Notes: a model not told the origin generated them from the letters alone. 64,000 nt of DNA from Minisyncoccota bacterium (GCA_965267345.1 OZ253947.1:202814-266813), one strand, 5' to 3'. Shown: positions 18,746-27,398, counted from the stretch's first letter. Numbers and translations: made by a program.

Positions 18746-19222
18746 TTACGCTTCAAGTACGCGACGTGACCACACGCTCTCATTTTCCTCGTAGCCCGTC
18801 GCGTAGTCAGTCCAGCGCAGATACGTTGGTGTAATGCGAATGAGCACAAGCTCGCCATCTTTAATGCGAGAGAGAGGTGGGTAGTATTCCGTATTTCCTA
18901 TGTGTACTTTTGACAATGCGGTACGTACGCGCACCATGTCGGTGTCGTCAGTGATGACATGCGCTTCGCCCTCCAATTGCACTGTTTTCGGTGTGTCGTC
19001 GGCGGCAACCGTAAAGGCAACGTGTGGATTATGCGCGATGTTGTTACTCTTCCGGGTCCCACTGCGCGTGGCGAATACAATAGAGAAGTCATCCTCGACA
19101 ATATAAAATACGATTGCGACTTGCGGCATGCCATCTTTCGACAGTGACGCAATGCATCCAGATGGGTTGCTTTCGAGAAACGCAAACGCCTCTGGACACT
19201 GCTCTTTATTTTCAATAGCCAT
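18746..19222 (-). CDS. Pyridoxamine 5'-phosphate oxidase-like FMN-binding split-barrel protein
   Basis: ...GMPQVAIVFYIVEDDFSIVFATRSGTRKSNNIAHNPHVAFTV... pattern. Start at MAIENKEQ. Confidence 0.7.
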   Translation of the reverse strand: MAIENKEQCPEAFAFLESNPSGCIASLSKDGMPQVAIVFYIVEDDFSIVFATRSGTRKSNNIAHNPHVAFTVAADDTPKTVQLEGEAHVITDDTDMVRVRTALSKVHIGNTEYYPPLSRIKDGELVLIRITPTYLRWTDYATGYEENESVWSRRVLEA

Positions 19223-19322
19223 ATGCGGCAGATTATAGCACACGAATGAGCAGTACTGTGATGCCTGAGAACTCCACGATATCGGCTGTTCCAACGGAGA
19301 CAGCTTGCTATACTGTTAGGGA

Positions 19323-20759
19323 ATGGTTGATCCAATTGAAATCATCAAACCACGGAGTTTAAGCCACTTATCGCGCACTATCGTTGCGTTGGTTGCCGGC
19401 CGATTGTGGCTGAAAGTAATCATTGGTCTACTTTTGGGTGCACTAGCGGGTTTTTTGCTCAATCCTGCAACCGCCCTTGTCAGCGCCAGCGCCGCAGAGG
19501 TGATTGGAAGCTGGGTGGCGCTGCCGGGAAAAGTTTTTCTCACGATTGTGCAGATGATTGTGGTGCCGCTGGTCTTTGCGTCTGTTATTCGCGGTATTGC
19601 CTCAAACAACAGTCTGCAGCAGCTCCGCAGTACCGGCCTAAAGTTGGTTGCGTACTTCATTGTCACCACGGCACTCGCTGCACTACTCGGTGTCTTTTTA
19701 GCGTCGGTCATTAAGCCGGGGCTATATGTTGATATCGCCTCGGGCGGACAGGTTGCTGCTACCGTCGAGCAAGAACTCGATGGCGGTGAGGCAGGCGTTA
19801 CAGGATTCGAGGATATTCCACAGGCCATCGTCGGCTTGCTGCCCGACAATCCGTTGAGTGACGCGGTTGAGGCGAACATGCTTCAAATTGTCCTGTTTTC
19901 TATCATTGTTGGTCTTGCCCTCATTACCATGCGGCCGGAACAGTCTCGCCCACTGCTTGACCTGATGGGTTCGGTATTGGAAGTCTCGATGACGATCGTT
20001 CGGTGGGTTATGGTGCTGGCGCCGTACGCCGTCTTTGGCCTCATTGCGCAATTAGTTATTGATACGGGTCTTGAAGCCTTCGTGGGCATCGGTGTTTTTG
20101 TGGCAACCGTACTGGGTGGGTTGCTCATACTCTTGGCATGCTATCTTGCCATTGCCTACGCATTTGGCGGGTGGTCACCACTGCAATTCTTGCGCAATAC
20201 CCGCGAGGCGCTGTTGCTCGCCTTTTCAACCGACAGTTCCGCTGCCACCATGCCGCTCTCGCTCAAGGTGGTTGAAGATAAGTTACGCGTGCGTCCATCA
20301 ATTGCACAGTTTGTGATACCGCTCGGCGCAACGGTGAACATGAATGCCACCGCACTCTTCCAAGGTTTGACCACGATCTTCTTCATACAGGTGTACGGCA
20401 TTGAGGTATCAGCCGGTGTGATCGCTGTCCTCGTACTCACCATCATTGGCTCGTCCATCGGAGCACCGGCCACACCGGGTGTCGGCATCGTTGTGCTTTC
20501 AGTTGTGCTGCGGAGTGTCGGTGTGCCGATTGAAGGTCTAGCACTGATAATCGGTGTCGACCAAATCCTCGAGCGCTTCCGCGCGATGCTCAATGTAACA
20601 GGCGACCTCACGGCAAGTGTGGTGATGGAGCGCCTCTCTCCGGAAGACGGCAGCGCATACGAAAAAGAAATGCTCGAAGAGAGTGTCCTTGAGCAAAAGC
20701 GCGCTGCCTCAGGCGAAGACGTGCTTTTGCAGCCGCACATTGATACGCGGCCGGCATAG
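19323..20759 (+). CDS. Dicarboxylate/amino acid:cation symporter (DAACS, GltP/DctA family)
   Basis: 478 aa with 8-10 TM helices and family motifs FFIQVYGIE, AATMPLSLKV and GATVNMNATAL. Confidence 0.9.
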   Translation: MVDPIEIIKPRSLSHLSRTIVALVAGRLWLKVIIGLLLGALAGFLLNPATALVSASAAEVIGSWVALPGKVFLTIVQMIVVPLVFASVIRGIASNNSLQQLRSTGLKLVAYFIVTTALAALLGVFLASVIKPGLYVDIASGGQVAATVEQELDGGEAGVTGFEDIPQAIVGLLPDNPLSDAVEANMLQIVLFSIIVGLALITMRPEQSRPLLDLMGSVLEVSMTIVRWVMVLAPYAVFGLIAQLVIDTGLEAFVGIGVFVATVLGGLLILLACYLAIAYAFGGWSPLQFLRNTREALLLAFSTDSSAATMPLSLKVVEDKLRVRPSIAQFVIPLGATVNMNATALFQGLTTIFFIQVYGIEVSAGVIAVLVLTIIGSSIGAPATPGVGIVVLSVVLRSVGVPIEGLALIIGVDQILERFRAMLNVTGDLTASVVMERLSPEDGSAYEKEMLEESVLEQKRAASGEDVLLQPHIDTRPA

Positions 20760-20773
20760 CTGCGCGCCCGCTC

Positions 20774-21193
20774 TTGCGTATGATTCAGATTCTAACTGAT
20801 CGCGAGAAACGTTTTATTCGCTACGTCATCATCGGCCTGACGACATTTGCGATTGATCTCGGACTCCTCTGGCTCTTTATTGAGCTCGCCGGTGCACACT
20901 ACATCATTGCAACCGCGAGCGCGTTTCTAATCGCTGTTTCGTTTAACTACCTACTGAGCCGCTCACTCGTCTTTCGGGGCTCAGCCCGTAGCATCTGGTC
21001 GGGCTACACCTATTTTATTATCTTTGCGATTGTCGGTGCTGCGCTGACCGTATCGCTGATGTGGCTGCTTGTTGAGCATACAAACTTGCACTACGCACTC
21101 GTGCGTATTCTCATTGCGGGTTTTGTGGGCATTGGGAATTACCTTGCGAATCTGTATTTGAACTTTCGCTTGGCAGGGGAGGAGTTACGCTAG
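20774..21193 (+). CDS. GtrA-family membrane protein
   Basis: 139 aa, 4 TM. RFIRYVIIGLTTFAIDLGLLWL...NFRLAGEE is typical of GtrA. Confidence 0.8.
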   Translation: MRMIQILTDREKRFIRYVIIGLTTFAIDLGLLWLFIELAGAHYIIATASAFLIAVSFNYLLSRSLVFRGSARSIWSGYTYFIIFAIVGAALTVSLMWLLVEHTNLHYALVRILIAGFVGIGNYLANLYLNFRLAGEELR

Positions 21194-21783
21194 AGGATGC
21201 CGGTAAAAATCGCTATAGCGACGGCAACCAGCAGCAAAACCGAGAGCCACTTGCGAAAGGGGATGTATTCAAAATATTTTGCCGCGTAGACCACAAGCAC
21301 ATTTTGCAGCAACGCAGCGCTCAGGATACCGGTAACAGCCAGTGTCGTTGCGGTCGGCCCCTCAAGAAAGAGTGGTAGGAGCGCTAATGTATCATCGGCA
21401 ACGAGCGCCAGTGACGTGAAAAAACCAATTAGCAGTAGGGTAATGGTGTAGTAGTCGCCCGCAATGCGACTTGTTGAAAAGAATCGCTCCACGTGCCGCG
21501 AGAGCGCGTGAGCAAGTCTATCGATTGCATTGAAAAGCGTGAGTACGGCAACCGTAAGGACAAGGCAACCGGCAATAATGTTGAGATAGGGAAGTTGGCG
21601 CATCACATCGGCTGCAAGCAAGGCACAGATAATGGTCAGCGCCACTGCAAGCAGATTACCGCCAACAAAGGCCACGGTATGCGCGCGCGTTGTGCACACA
21701 CGGTTGAGAATGACGGTGCGCGAAATAGAGTCGTCGAGCGTCGTAACAAACTTTATGAGAAAGCCGACAATGAAGTACTCCAC
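21190..21783 (-). CDS. CadD/LysE-like membrane protein with duplicated DD motifs, hypothetical
   Basis: I chose the GTG at 21783 because the longer ORF overlaps the upstream gene and terminator. Two repeats each contain TLDDSI and LVADDTL. Confidence 0.5.
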   Translation of the reverse strand: MEYFIVGFLIKFVTTLDDSISRTVILNRVCTTRAHTVAFVGGNLLAVALTIICALLAADVMRQLPYLNIIAGCLVLTVAVLTLFNAIDRLAHALSRHVERFFSTSRIAGDYYTITLLLIGFFTSLALVADDTLALLPLFLEGPTATTLAVTGILSAALLQNVLVVYAAKYFEYIPFRKWLSVLLLVAVAIAIFTGIL

Positions 21784-21811
21784 GTGCGCATAATAGCATG
21801 ACGACAACAGG

Positions 21812-21836
21812 AAAGGCCGCCCCGAAGGCGGCCTTT
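21812..21836. terminator. Terminator hairpin downstream of beta-barrel-like gene
   Basis: AAAGGCCGCC-CCGAA-GGCGGCCTTT, a 10-bp perfect stem, with a T-run on the minus strand. Confidence 0.6.
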
Positions 21837-21857
21837 TTGCTGCTGTGCGGGCTTGAG

Positions 21858-22580
21858 TCAGAACGTGTAGCTCGAGCCGATCATGAGCGCAGTGAAGTGA
21901 TCCGTGCCTTCCACGCCGGTGTACCACGTGCCGTCCAGCATTTCCGCATTGAATTGAGCGGAGTAGCGGAAGGCGGCTTCGTGATCGGTGTGGTTGAACG
22001 CGTTTGCCACGTCGCCATTGAAGGAGAACGTGTCGGTGATCGGGACGGTGAGGCGAACCCCCAGACGCGTAATATGGTAGTTACGCGCCGACTCCGTACC
22101 GAGCAGGCCGATTTCGCGAACGAACGGCGTCAGGGTTGCCCCTGTGTCGCCGATAGCGAACGGATAGCCAACTTCAGCATGCAGGCTGATGATGTCATCC
22201 TCCCATGGCCCGATACCGTTGGGGCCGGGGATCATGAACCATGCAACCGAGAAGTTCGACGTGAAGCCGCCGCCCAAGCTCGGAGCGTAGGTGACCGTCC
22301 AGTCGATCTCGTCGCCGCCACGGGTGCCGTAGCTCCCGCCGCCGGCGACCTGCACAGAGTTCCAGAAGTCAAACGTCCATGCCCCGCAGGTGAGCGCGAC
22401 GGCCGTCTGCAGCACCGGATTGTCATCCGAGGCATTGATGTCGAGGTCTTGAAGCACGTAGGCCGTTTTGACCACGCCATTGACGGTCGTGTCGCACTCA
22501 CGTTCGCTCGCCATCGCCCCCGTGAGGGGAGTGAGGTAAAGGGTAACGCACAGCAGTGCGATGTTCCGCAGAAAAACCAT
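21858..22580 (-). CDS. Signal-peptide protein with outer-membrane beta-barrel-like features (C-terminal YTF)
   Basis: Shine-Dalgarno GGAGG 9 nt upstream. SP MVFLRNIALLCVTLYLTPLTGAMA. Alternating hydrophobic, G/S/T/N/Y/F-rich strands. Ends ...ALMIGSSYTF (aromatic-x-aromatic). Confidence 0.65.
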   Translation of the reverse strand: MVFLRNIALLCVTLYLTPLTGAMASERECDTTVNGVVKTAYVLQDLDINASDDNPVLQTAVALTCGAWTFDFWNSVQVAGGGSYGTRGGDEIDWTVTYAPSLGGGFTSNFSVAWFMIPGPNGIGPWEDDIISLHAEVGYPFAIGDTGATLTPFVREIGLLGTESARNYHITRLGVRLTVPITDTFSFNGDVANAFNHTDHEAAFRYSAQFNAEMLDGTWYTGVEGTDHFTALMIGSSYTF

Positions 22581-22707
22581 TTCGGTAGTCCTCCACGTTG
22601 GTTCTCTGGGTGGATACGCAGGTTACTTCTATGTATATTTTGAAACATTTTTGGTGTTGAGTCAATATGTGTTTTCGGGTGCTCTGTATCTGATACACTA
22701 CATACAT

Positions 22708-23205
22708 ATGCTCAAGGCACACTACACCGTAAAAGATTTTCTGCCACTTATCGTTATTTTTGCCGGTATTTGTGCGATCAGTGCCGTGCTCTATCTTGTA
22801 AATGACATGGACATTCTGGTTGCCATGCGTGCCTTTATGGCCGGTTTCTTTTTGGTATTTGGTGCACTCAAAGTACTGCGCCTCAATGCATTTGCCGAGG
22901 CGTATCGCATGTATGATTTACTGGCGAAACGTAGTGTCGTGTATGCATACCTCTATCCGTTTATCGAGTTGGGGCTCGGGCTTCTCTATGCTTTTGGTGC
23001 GGTGCTACTGCTTACCAATAGTGTAACACTCGTCGTGATGCTCTTTAGTGCACTTGGCGTGTATCTCCAGTTACGCAAAGGCGAGACCATTATGTGTGCG
23101 TGTCTCGGTACGGTCTTTAAAGTGCCTATGACTTGGGTAACGCTCTTTGAAGATTTGCTCATGGCAGCTATGGCACTGGCGATGGTCGTCTGGTCTGCAC
23201 TGTAA
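22708..23205 (+). CDS. MauE/DoxX-family membrane protein
   Basis: Start MLKAHYTVKDFLPLIVIFAGI. 4-5 TM helices. Conserved CACLG near the C-terminus. Confidence 0.55.
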   Translation: MLKAHYTVKDFLPLIVIFAGICAISAVLYLVNDMDILVAMRAFMAGFFLVFGALKVLRLNAFAEAYRMYDLLAKRSVVYAYLYPFIELGLGLLYAFGAVLLLTNSVTLVVMLFSALGVYLQLRKGETIMCACLGTVFKVPMTWVTLFEDLLMAAMALAMVVWSAL

Positions 23206-23223
23206 TACAGTGCGCGCACGCGC

Positions 23224-23404
23224 ACTACTTTTCGTCGTTTTTGTTTTGCTGATCAAGGGTGACACCAATGGCAATGCCCACTGATGTACCAATGGCAATG
23301 CCGAGCGCGATATTGTCGAATGCCACACCAAGAGCAACACCGAGACTCGGCCCGAGCGCGGCAACGAGTGCAATGTACGACGCCTCTTTCGGGTTCTTGT
23401 CCAT
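23224..23404 (-). CDS. Glycine-zipper small membrane protein (59 aa), not in ORF track
   Basis: MDKNPKEASYIALVAALGPSLGVALGVAFDNIALGIAIGTSVGIAIGVTLDQQNKNDEK. -10 TATAGT 5 nt upstream of the ATG. The overlapping 113-aa Arg-rich track ORF looks spurious. Confidence 0.35.
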
Positions 23405-23462
23405 CGTTCCACTATAGCAGAAAACGCGCGCGCCAGGTGTAGGAGCGTGCTACTATACTCTC

Positions 23463-23780
23463 ATGAACACGTATACATACATGCTCGGCATCGTGCTCGG
23501 TGTCGTTGTTCCCTTTATCGGTATTTTTATTGGTCTGCAGGTATCGACCGTACTCGGTACCATTCTGGCGTTTCCTGTCATCGGCGTTGCCTACATAACG
23601 GGAATTCCGTTTGGCGCGTGGGGTTGGAGTCTGATGATTACCGCGGTGGTGGTCTCAATCGTCGTGTGGACGGCCATTGTTGCCGCAGTGCAATACGCAT
23701 ACGCGCACGTTGCTCGTAATGAGGACAGCACCACAGTACCTACGGAGGATCAGCGGGAGCAGACTGCGGTACACGAGTAA
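23463..23780 (+). CDS. Hypothetical membrane protein (3 TM)
   Basis: 105 aa, hydrophobic. Preferred over an overlapping Arg/Cys-rich frame. Confidence 0.45.
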   Translation: MNTYTYMLGIVLGVVVPFIGIFIGLQVSTVLGTILAFPVIGVAYITGIPFGAWGWSLMITAVVVSIVVWTAIVAAVQYAYAHVARNEDSTTVPTEDQREQTAVHE

Positions 23781-23795
23781 TCCACCACACACAAA

Positions 23796-23833
23796 TGCAA
23801 ATAATTTGCAAATAAAAATTTGCAGGTTATAAT
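23796..23833 (+). promoter_or_regulatory. Promoter with overlapping 7-1-7 palindromic operator TGCAAAT-A-ATTTGCA (Fur-family/Zur-like box)
   Basis: Palindrome at 23796-23810. Its right arm supplies the -35 TTGCAA, then a 16-nt spacer, then a perfect -10 TATAAT at 23828-23833. A third half-site ATTTGCA lies in the spacer. RBS AGGAGAGG precedes the ATG at 23888. Confidence 0.5.
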
Positions 23834-23887
23834 CACGTGTGCAGGCATCACGCTTGCATTCCACACCAGAAATGAGGAGAGGTTGCC

Positions 23888-24145
23888 ATGAGTGCACCCT
23901 GCGGCGGTTGTCCGCCGTGCTGTAATCAATGTCCGTTCTCGGGCAAGGCGGAGGCTCATTCCGGCGGCGCTGTGACGGAGGTCGTTTCATCGAAGGCGTA
24001 CGGATGCGCCAAAGGTGCGCGTTCCGTCGTCATCGATGAGTACGGAACGCTTGGCCTCATGAGCAGTGACGGGTTTCATCCCATCACTGCTGAGGGGTCT
24101 GACTTCCTTCAGAGCACCGGAAATTCGCTTGCTGCTTTCTGCTGA
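23888..24145 (+). CDS. Cys-rich small protein (85 aa), unknown function
   Basis: MSAPCGGCPPCCNQCPFSGK... has 7 Cys in the first 17 residues plus a C-terminal AAFC. It is a stand-alone unit with a strong promoter, an operator and a terminator. Confidence 0.6.
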   Translation: MSAPCGGCPPCCNQCPFSGKAEAHSGGAVTEVVSSKAYGCAKGARSVVIDEYGTLGLMSSDGFHPITAEGSDFLQSTGNSLAAFC

Positions 24146-24169
24146 TCGCAGCGTACGCACATTCTGGTT

Positions 24170-24199
24170 GTCGCCGGACCTCTTGCGAGGTCCGGCGAC
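24170..24199. terminator. Terminator hairpin after Cys-rich gene
   Basis: GTCGCCGGACCTC-TTGC-GAGGTCCGGCGAC followed by TTTACTACTT. Confidence 0.55.
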
Positions 24200-24232
24200 T
24201 TTACTACTTATTCACGCATAATTTGTACATCC

Positions 24233-24577
24233 ATGTTTATTGAGTACCTTATTCTAGTGTCGTTTATAACGACTACTGCCCTTATATGGCGAACTGCGTT
24301 ACTCGACCACCCGCGATTACTCGCGTTTATTGAAAGCATTCCGATTATCGGAGGAGCATTACGATGCGGGTTTTGTTCCGTTTTATGGCTTACTCTTTTA
24401 GGTGTATTGGTGCATAATCCATTTGCAGTATATCTTGTTGAGGTACCGGCCATTATTGAAATTTGGATAGGATGGTTTGTTGTGGGTGCAGGAGTGCTCC
24501 TTTTCCGCAATACTCTTGCAGTCTTGCTGGAGGGCGCAGGAGTCTTAACGCACTTGCATCGGTCACACGAGAAGTAG
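24233..24577 (+). CDS. Small membrane protein with CGFC motif (possibly DUF1360-like)
   Basis: 114 aa, 3-4 TM, LRCGFCSVLW. Confidence 0.5.
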   Translation: MFIEYLILVSFITTTALIWRTALLDHPRLLAFIESIPIIGGALRCGFCSVLWLTLLGVLVHNPFAVYLVEVPAIIEIWIGWFVVGAGVLLFRNTLAVLLEGAGVLTHLHRSHEK

Positions 24578-24643
24578 CCGATGCCTTCCACGTCAGGTTA
24601 TCTACATATGTACCATGACTCGGCAGTGGGAGTTCCAAAAATA

Positions 24644-24835
24644 TCAACGGTAAACTCGGTCCATACAAAAGAAACAACAATGGCAATACCAAGCCCAATC
24701 AGTAGTTGGCGCTATGGCGAAGCCTGTGCTGCTATAAGAAATGCGTACGAAAATAAGGAGAATTGCTGCTGCGACAAAATACAATACAGTCAACCACATC
24801 GCATCGGTAAATTGCATTACAACAAGCGGAATCAA
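24644..24835 (-). CDS. Possible small membrane protein with CHCCFFC motif
   Basis: TTG-start ORF of 63 aa. Weak evidence. Lies between DUF3179 and the CGFC gene. Confidence 0.2.
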   Translation of the reverse strand: MIPLVVMQFTDAMWLTVLYFVAAAILLIFVRISYSSTGFAIAPTTDWAWYCHCCFFCMDRVYR

Positions 24836-24917
24836 TAGCGCAAGTGCCGTGACGGCAACAACGTGGAATACGTTAGAACCTTCGTAAGCGATTTATAGCG
24901 AGTTTCTAACGGGACTA

Positions 24918-25922
24918 TTATTCGATATTCCAAACAACTCCATCATCTTGATGGTGTATTGCCCATGAAAACCACATTTCGTAGTACCCAGGGATAGGTT
25001 CACCATCGGCAGTGACCTCTATACCATCTTCAACTCTTTCTGCTTTGAGTAATACACCATTTGCATCTAACTCTGCCACATCACTCAGTTCATCATCAGC
25101 AAACGCGTAGGAGTTACCCCCAAATGGCACGACATACATTATTTTTTTTGCTGGGTAGCGCTTGTCAGAAACCGAAACGGGGAAATATAGCTCATCAGTG
25201 AGGCCATACCCTGAATACGGCTCGATATCATATGATCGGCTGAAACCAGTATCTCTGCTCAAAACACGAGCATCTGGGTGGAGCTCTTTGAGTTTTTCGA
25301 ACTCAAGGAGTTTCATGTCGATAAGGGAAAGTTTTGTTCCGGTGTATTCACCAACTACGGCCTCGTTTTTTGCCTGTGACCAAAGCGACTCCGTTTTCGT
25401 ATCGTACATGAGCAAATTGGATTCCCACAGGAGACCGCTTACGCCAAACCTAAGCACATCGCCGTTCACCTGGCGATCAAAAACGATGGCGCTGCCACAC
25501 AGTGGGCAAAAAGTAACGGCAAAATGCGTATCATTGATAGAGTCGTTCACTATCTCATGCCAGACAAGAATATTATACGGGTAGTATCGCTTTTCGCCCC
25601 CAATAGTAACGAGCACACCCAATACATCGTCACCGACGTCGACGGATTCGACAGACTCAAATTTCGGCGCGTTGATCGCGGGGATGCCATCTTTACCTGG
25701 TCCGCCTGATAGGATCTCATCCAGCGCGATACTCTTTTTTGCGGTATTTGTCTCAAGACCGAACGAAGACAGTGCTGCTTTGGCATCCTTTTGATCAGTG
25801 TGCGCAAGTGTTGGCGTCGTGTTGACACCCGTATAGCTAGTATATAGCGCCCATACGGCGGCAATCACTAACGCCAGGATTCCCACTCCGCCCCATGCGC
25901 GTTTGGAAATTTTAAGAAACAT
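24918..25922 (-). CDS. DUF3179-family protein, membrane-anchored
   Basis: YYPYNILVWHEIVND, VTFCPLCGSAIVF and ESNLLMYD. Start MFLKISKRAW. Preceded by -10 TATACT, 6 nt, ATG. Confidence 0.75.
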   Translation of the reverse strand: MFLKISKRAWGGVGILALVIAAVWALYTSYTGVNTTPTLAHTDQKDAKAALSSFGLETNTAKKSIALDEILSGGPGKDGIPAINAPKFESVESVDVGDDVLGVLVTIGGEKRYYPYNILVWHEIVNDSINDTHFAVTFCPLCGSAIVFDRQVNGDVLRFGVSGLLWESNLLMYDTKTESLWSQAKNEAVVGEYTGTKLSLIDMKLLEFEKLKELHPDARVLSRDTGFSRSYDIEPYSGYGLTDELYFPVSVSDKRYPAKKIMYVVPFGGNSYAFADDELSDVAELDANGVLLKAERVEDGIEVTADGEPIPGYYEMWFSWAIHHQDDGVVWNIE

Positions 25923-25969
25923 GTGTCGAGTATAGCACATGCGGCATATGTGTGCGTATCATACACAAC

Positions 25970-26734
25970 CTACTGGCATTCTGGGTCTTGGTCCAGAGCG
26001 TTTGTGGTGTTCCGCCAGCTTTCTGCCGTATTCCCATGTGCCGGAATACCGTTGGCGCTTTTCAGTAGTGCCGCCATGTGCATCAGGTTCCATGCCATAA
26101 ATGTTGCGTGCTTGTTGGTGAATTCATTGTCGTAGCCAATGGGTGTTTCGCTATCGTCAATCGGCATGCCGCCCCACATGGTATCACCGTAACTTGGACC
26201 AGGTCCCACTTCACCGAGCCACGCAGCGTCTGCTTGCGGCGGTATCGTATATCCGATGTGCGAGAGTGCATACAAAATGTCCATAGCGCAGTGCTTTGCA
26301 CCGTCTTCGTTCCCGGTCACAACACACCCACCTACTTTCCCATAGTAGATGTATTGACCTTTTGCATTCTGGTCGCCGCTATAGGCGTACATTCGCTCAA
26401 TGACGTGTGTCGCAACACTCGACTTTACACCGAGCCAAATAGGTGTGCCAATGACAAGAATATCGGCTCTGTCGATTTTTTGCTGTATCACTGGCCAGTC
26501 ATCTTTTTGCTGCGGGTCTTCTACATCTCCATCTTTAATCATACCGAATGCAATCGTGTGATCGAGGGCATATAGTTGTTCAACAAAAATGCCCTCCTGA
26601 CGCATGATACCCGCTACACGATTCAAAAGGCGCTGGGTATGTGATTTGGCAGCATCTTTTTTTATGGAACAATTGATAAAAAGAGCCGTGAGTTCAGAGT
26701 ACTTTTGTGCAGCTGAGGTTTTTTTGAGTTCCAT
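25970..26734 (-). CDS. Flavodoxin-like fold NAD(P)H-dependent FMN reductase
   Basis: MELKK...LTALFINCSIKKD...ADILVIGTPIWLG pattern. Start at the internal ATG 26734. Confidence 0.75.
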   Translation of the reverse strand: MELKKTSAAQKYSELTALFINCSIKKDAAKSHTQRLLNRVAGIMRQEGIFVEQLYALDHTIAFGMIKDGDVEDPQQKDDWPVIQQKIDRADILVIGTPIWLGVKSSVATHVIERMYAYSGDQNAKGQYIYYGKVGGCVVTGNEDGAKHCAMDILYALSHIGYTIPPQADAAWLGEVGPGPSYGDTMWGGMPIDDSETPIGYDNEFTNKHATFMAWNLMHMAALLKSANGIPAHGNTAESWRNTTNALDQDPECQ

Positions 26735-26912
26735 AGTGTTATTTTTATGTTTTCCAGTACGAAAGCACATACTAACATCAAGACTAACTGTCGCAATTAT
26801 TGCCAGCACCAAACTACTGGTTATATGTGGAAAGAGAATAAGAATATATGTTTTCGCGTAAAAATTTGTTACACTGAGCGGGTAGTATTGTTAAGTAAGG
26901 TTCAAAACTACT

Positions 26913-27158
26913 ATGGAACATACAAACAAAGAGCAGAGTATCAGAGAATATGAGGCTAAAATTCAAGAATTGGAATCCAAAGCAAATGCTCTGGGTGATT
27001 CTGCTAAAGCAGAGATTGAGGAGTTAAAGTCAGAAGCGCAAAATGTAATAGGCAAGTGGCAGGATGCTGCTGAGGAAGAATGGGAGGATATGCGAACGGA
27101 AGCAGATGCAGCCGTAACTGCTCTGCAGAATAAAGTGTCGGAATATACCAGAAACTAG
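26913..27158 (+). CDS. Small coiled-coil protein, hypothetical
   Basis: 81 aa, E/K/A-rich heptad pattern. A weak hairpin terminator follows at about 27200-27230. Confidence 0.45.
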   Translation: MEHTNKEQSIREYEAKIQELESKANALGDSAKAEIEELKSEAQNVIGKWQDAAEEEWEDMRTEADAAVTALQNKVSEYTRN

Positions 27159-27383
27159 GGAGAACTCTGATAGGGCTCCTTCAAAAGTAACAACACCCGC
27201 AGGCGAGGGTGTTTTTACTTTTTCGTGAATTAAAAAATGCAAGTTGTACCACTGGCGCGCTCCTCCTGTTGTATGCATTCAGAACTGGTAGTTGGAGAAA
27301 AGTACAGGAGGATCTTATGAGAGTCTCTTTCGTGTAGCAGAAGGACATCTTTACAAATGTATGGATACATATACAATACGTAA

Positions 27384-27398
27384 TGCAAACAATTTGCA
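27384..27398 (+). promoter_or_regulatory. Second copy of 7-1-7 palindrome (TGCAAAC-A-ATTTGCA) upstream of znuA: putative Zur box
   Basis: One mismatch to a perfect palindrome. It overlaps a candidate -35 (TTTGCA), with 17 nt to TATAAC at 27416-27421, about 115 nt upstream of the znuA ATG. Confidence 0.45.

Noticed and set aside
24581-24838. Plus-strand 85-aa ORF and alternative frames between the CGFC gene and DUF3179
   Set aside because: No RBS or promoter and an odd composition. The minus-strand small membrane ORF is kept only at low confidence.
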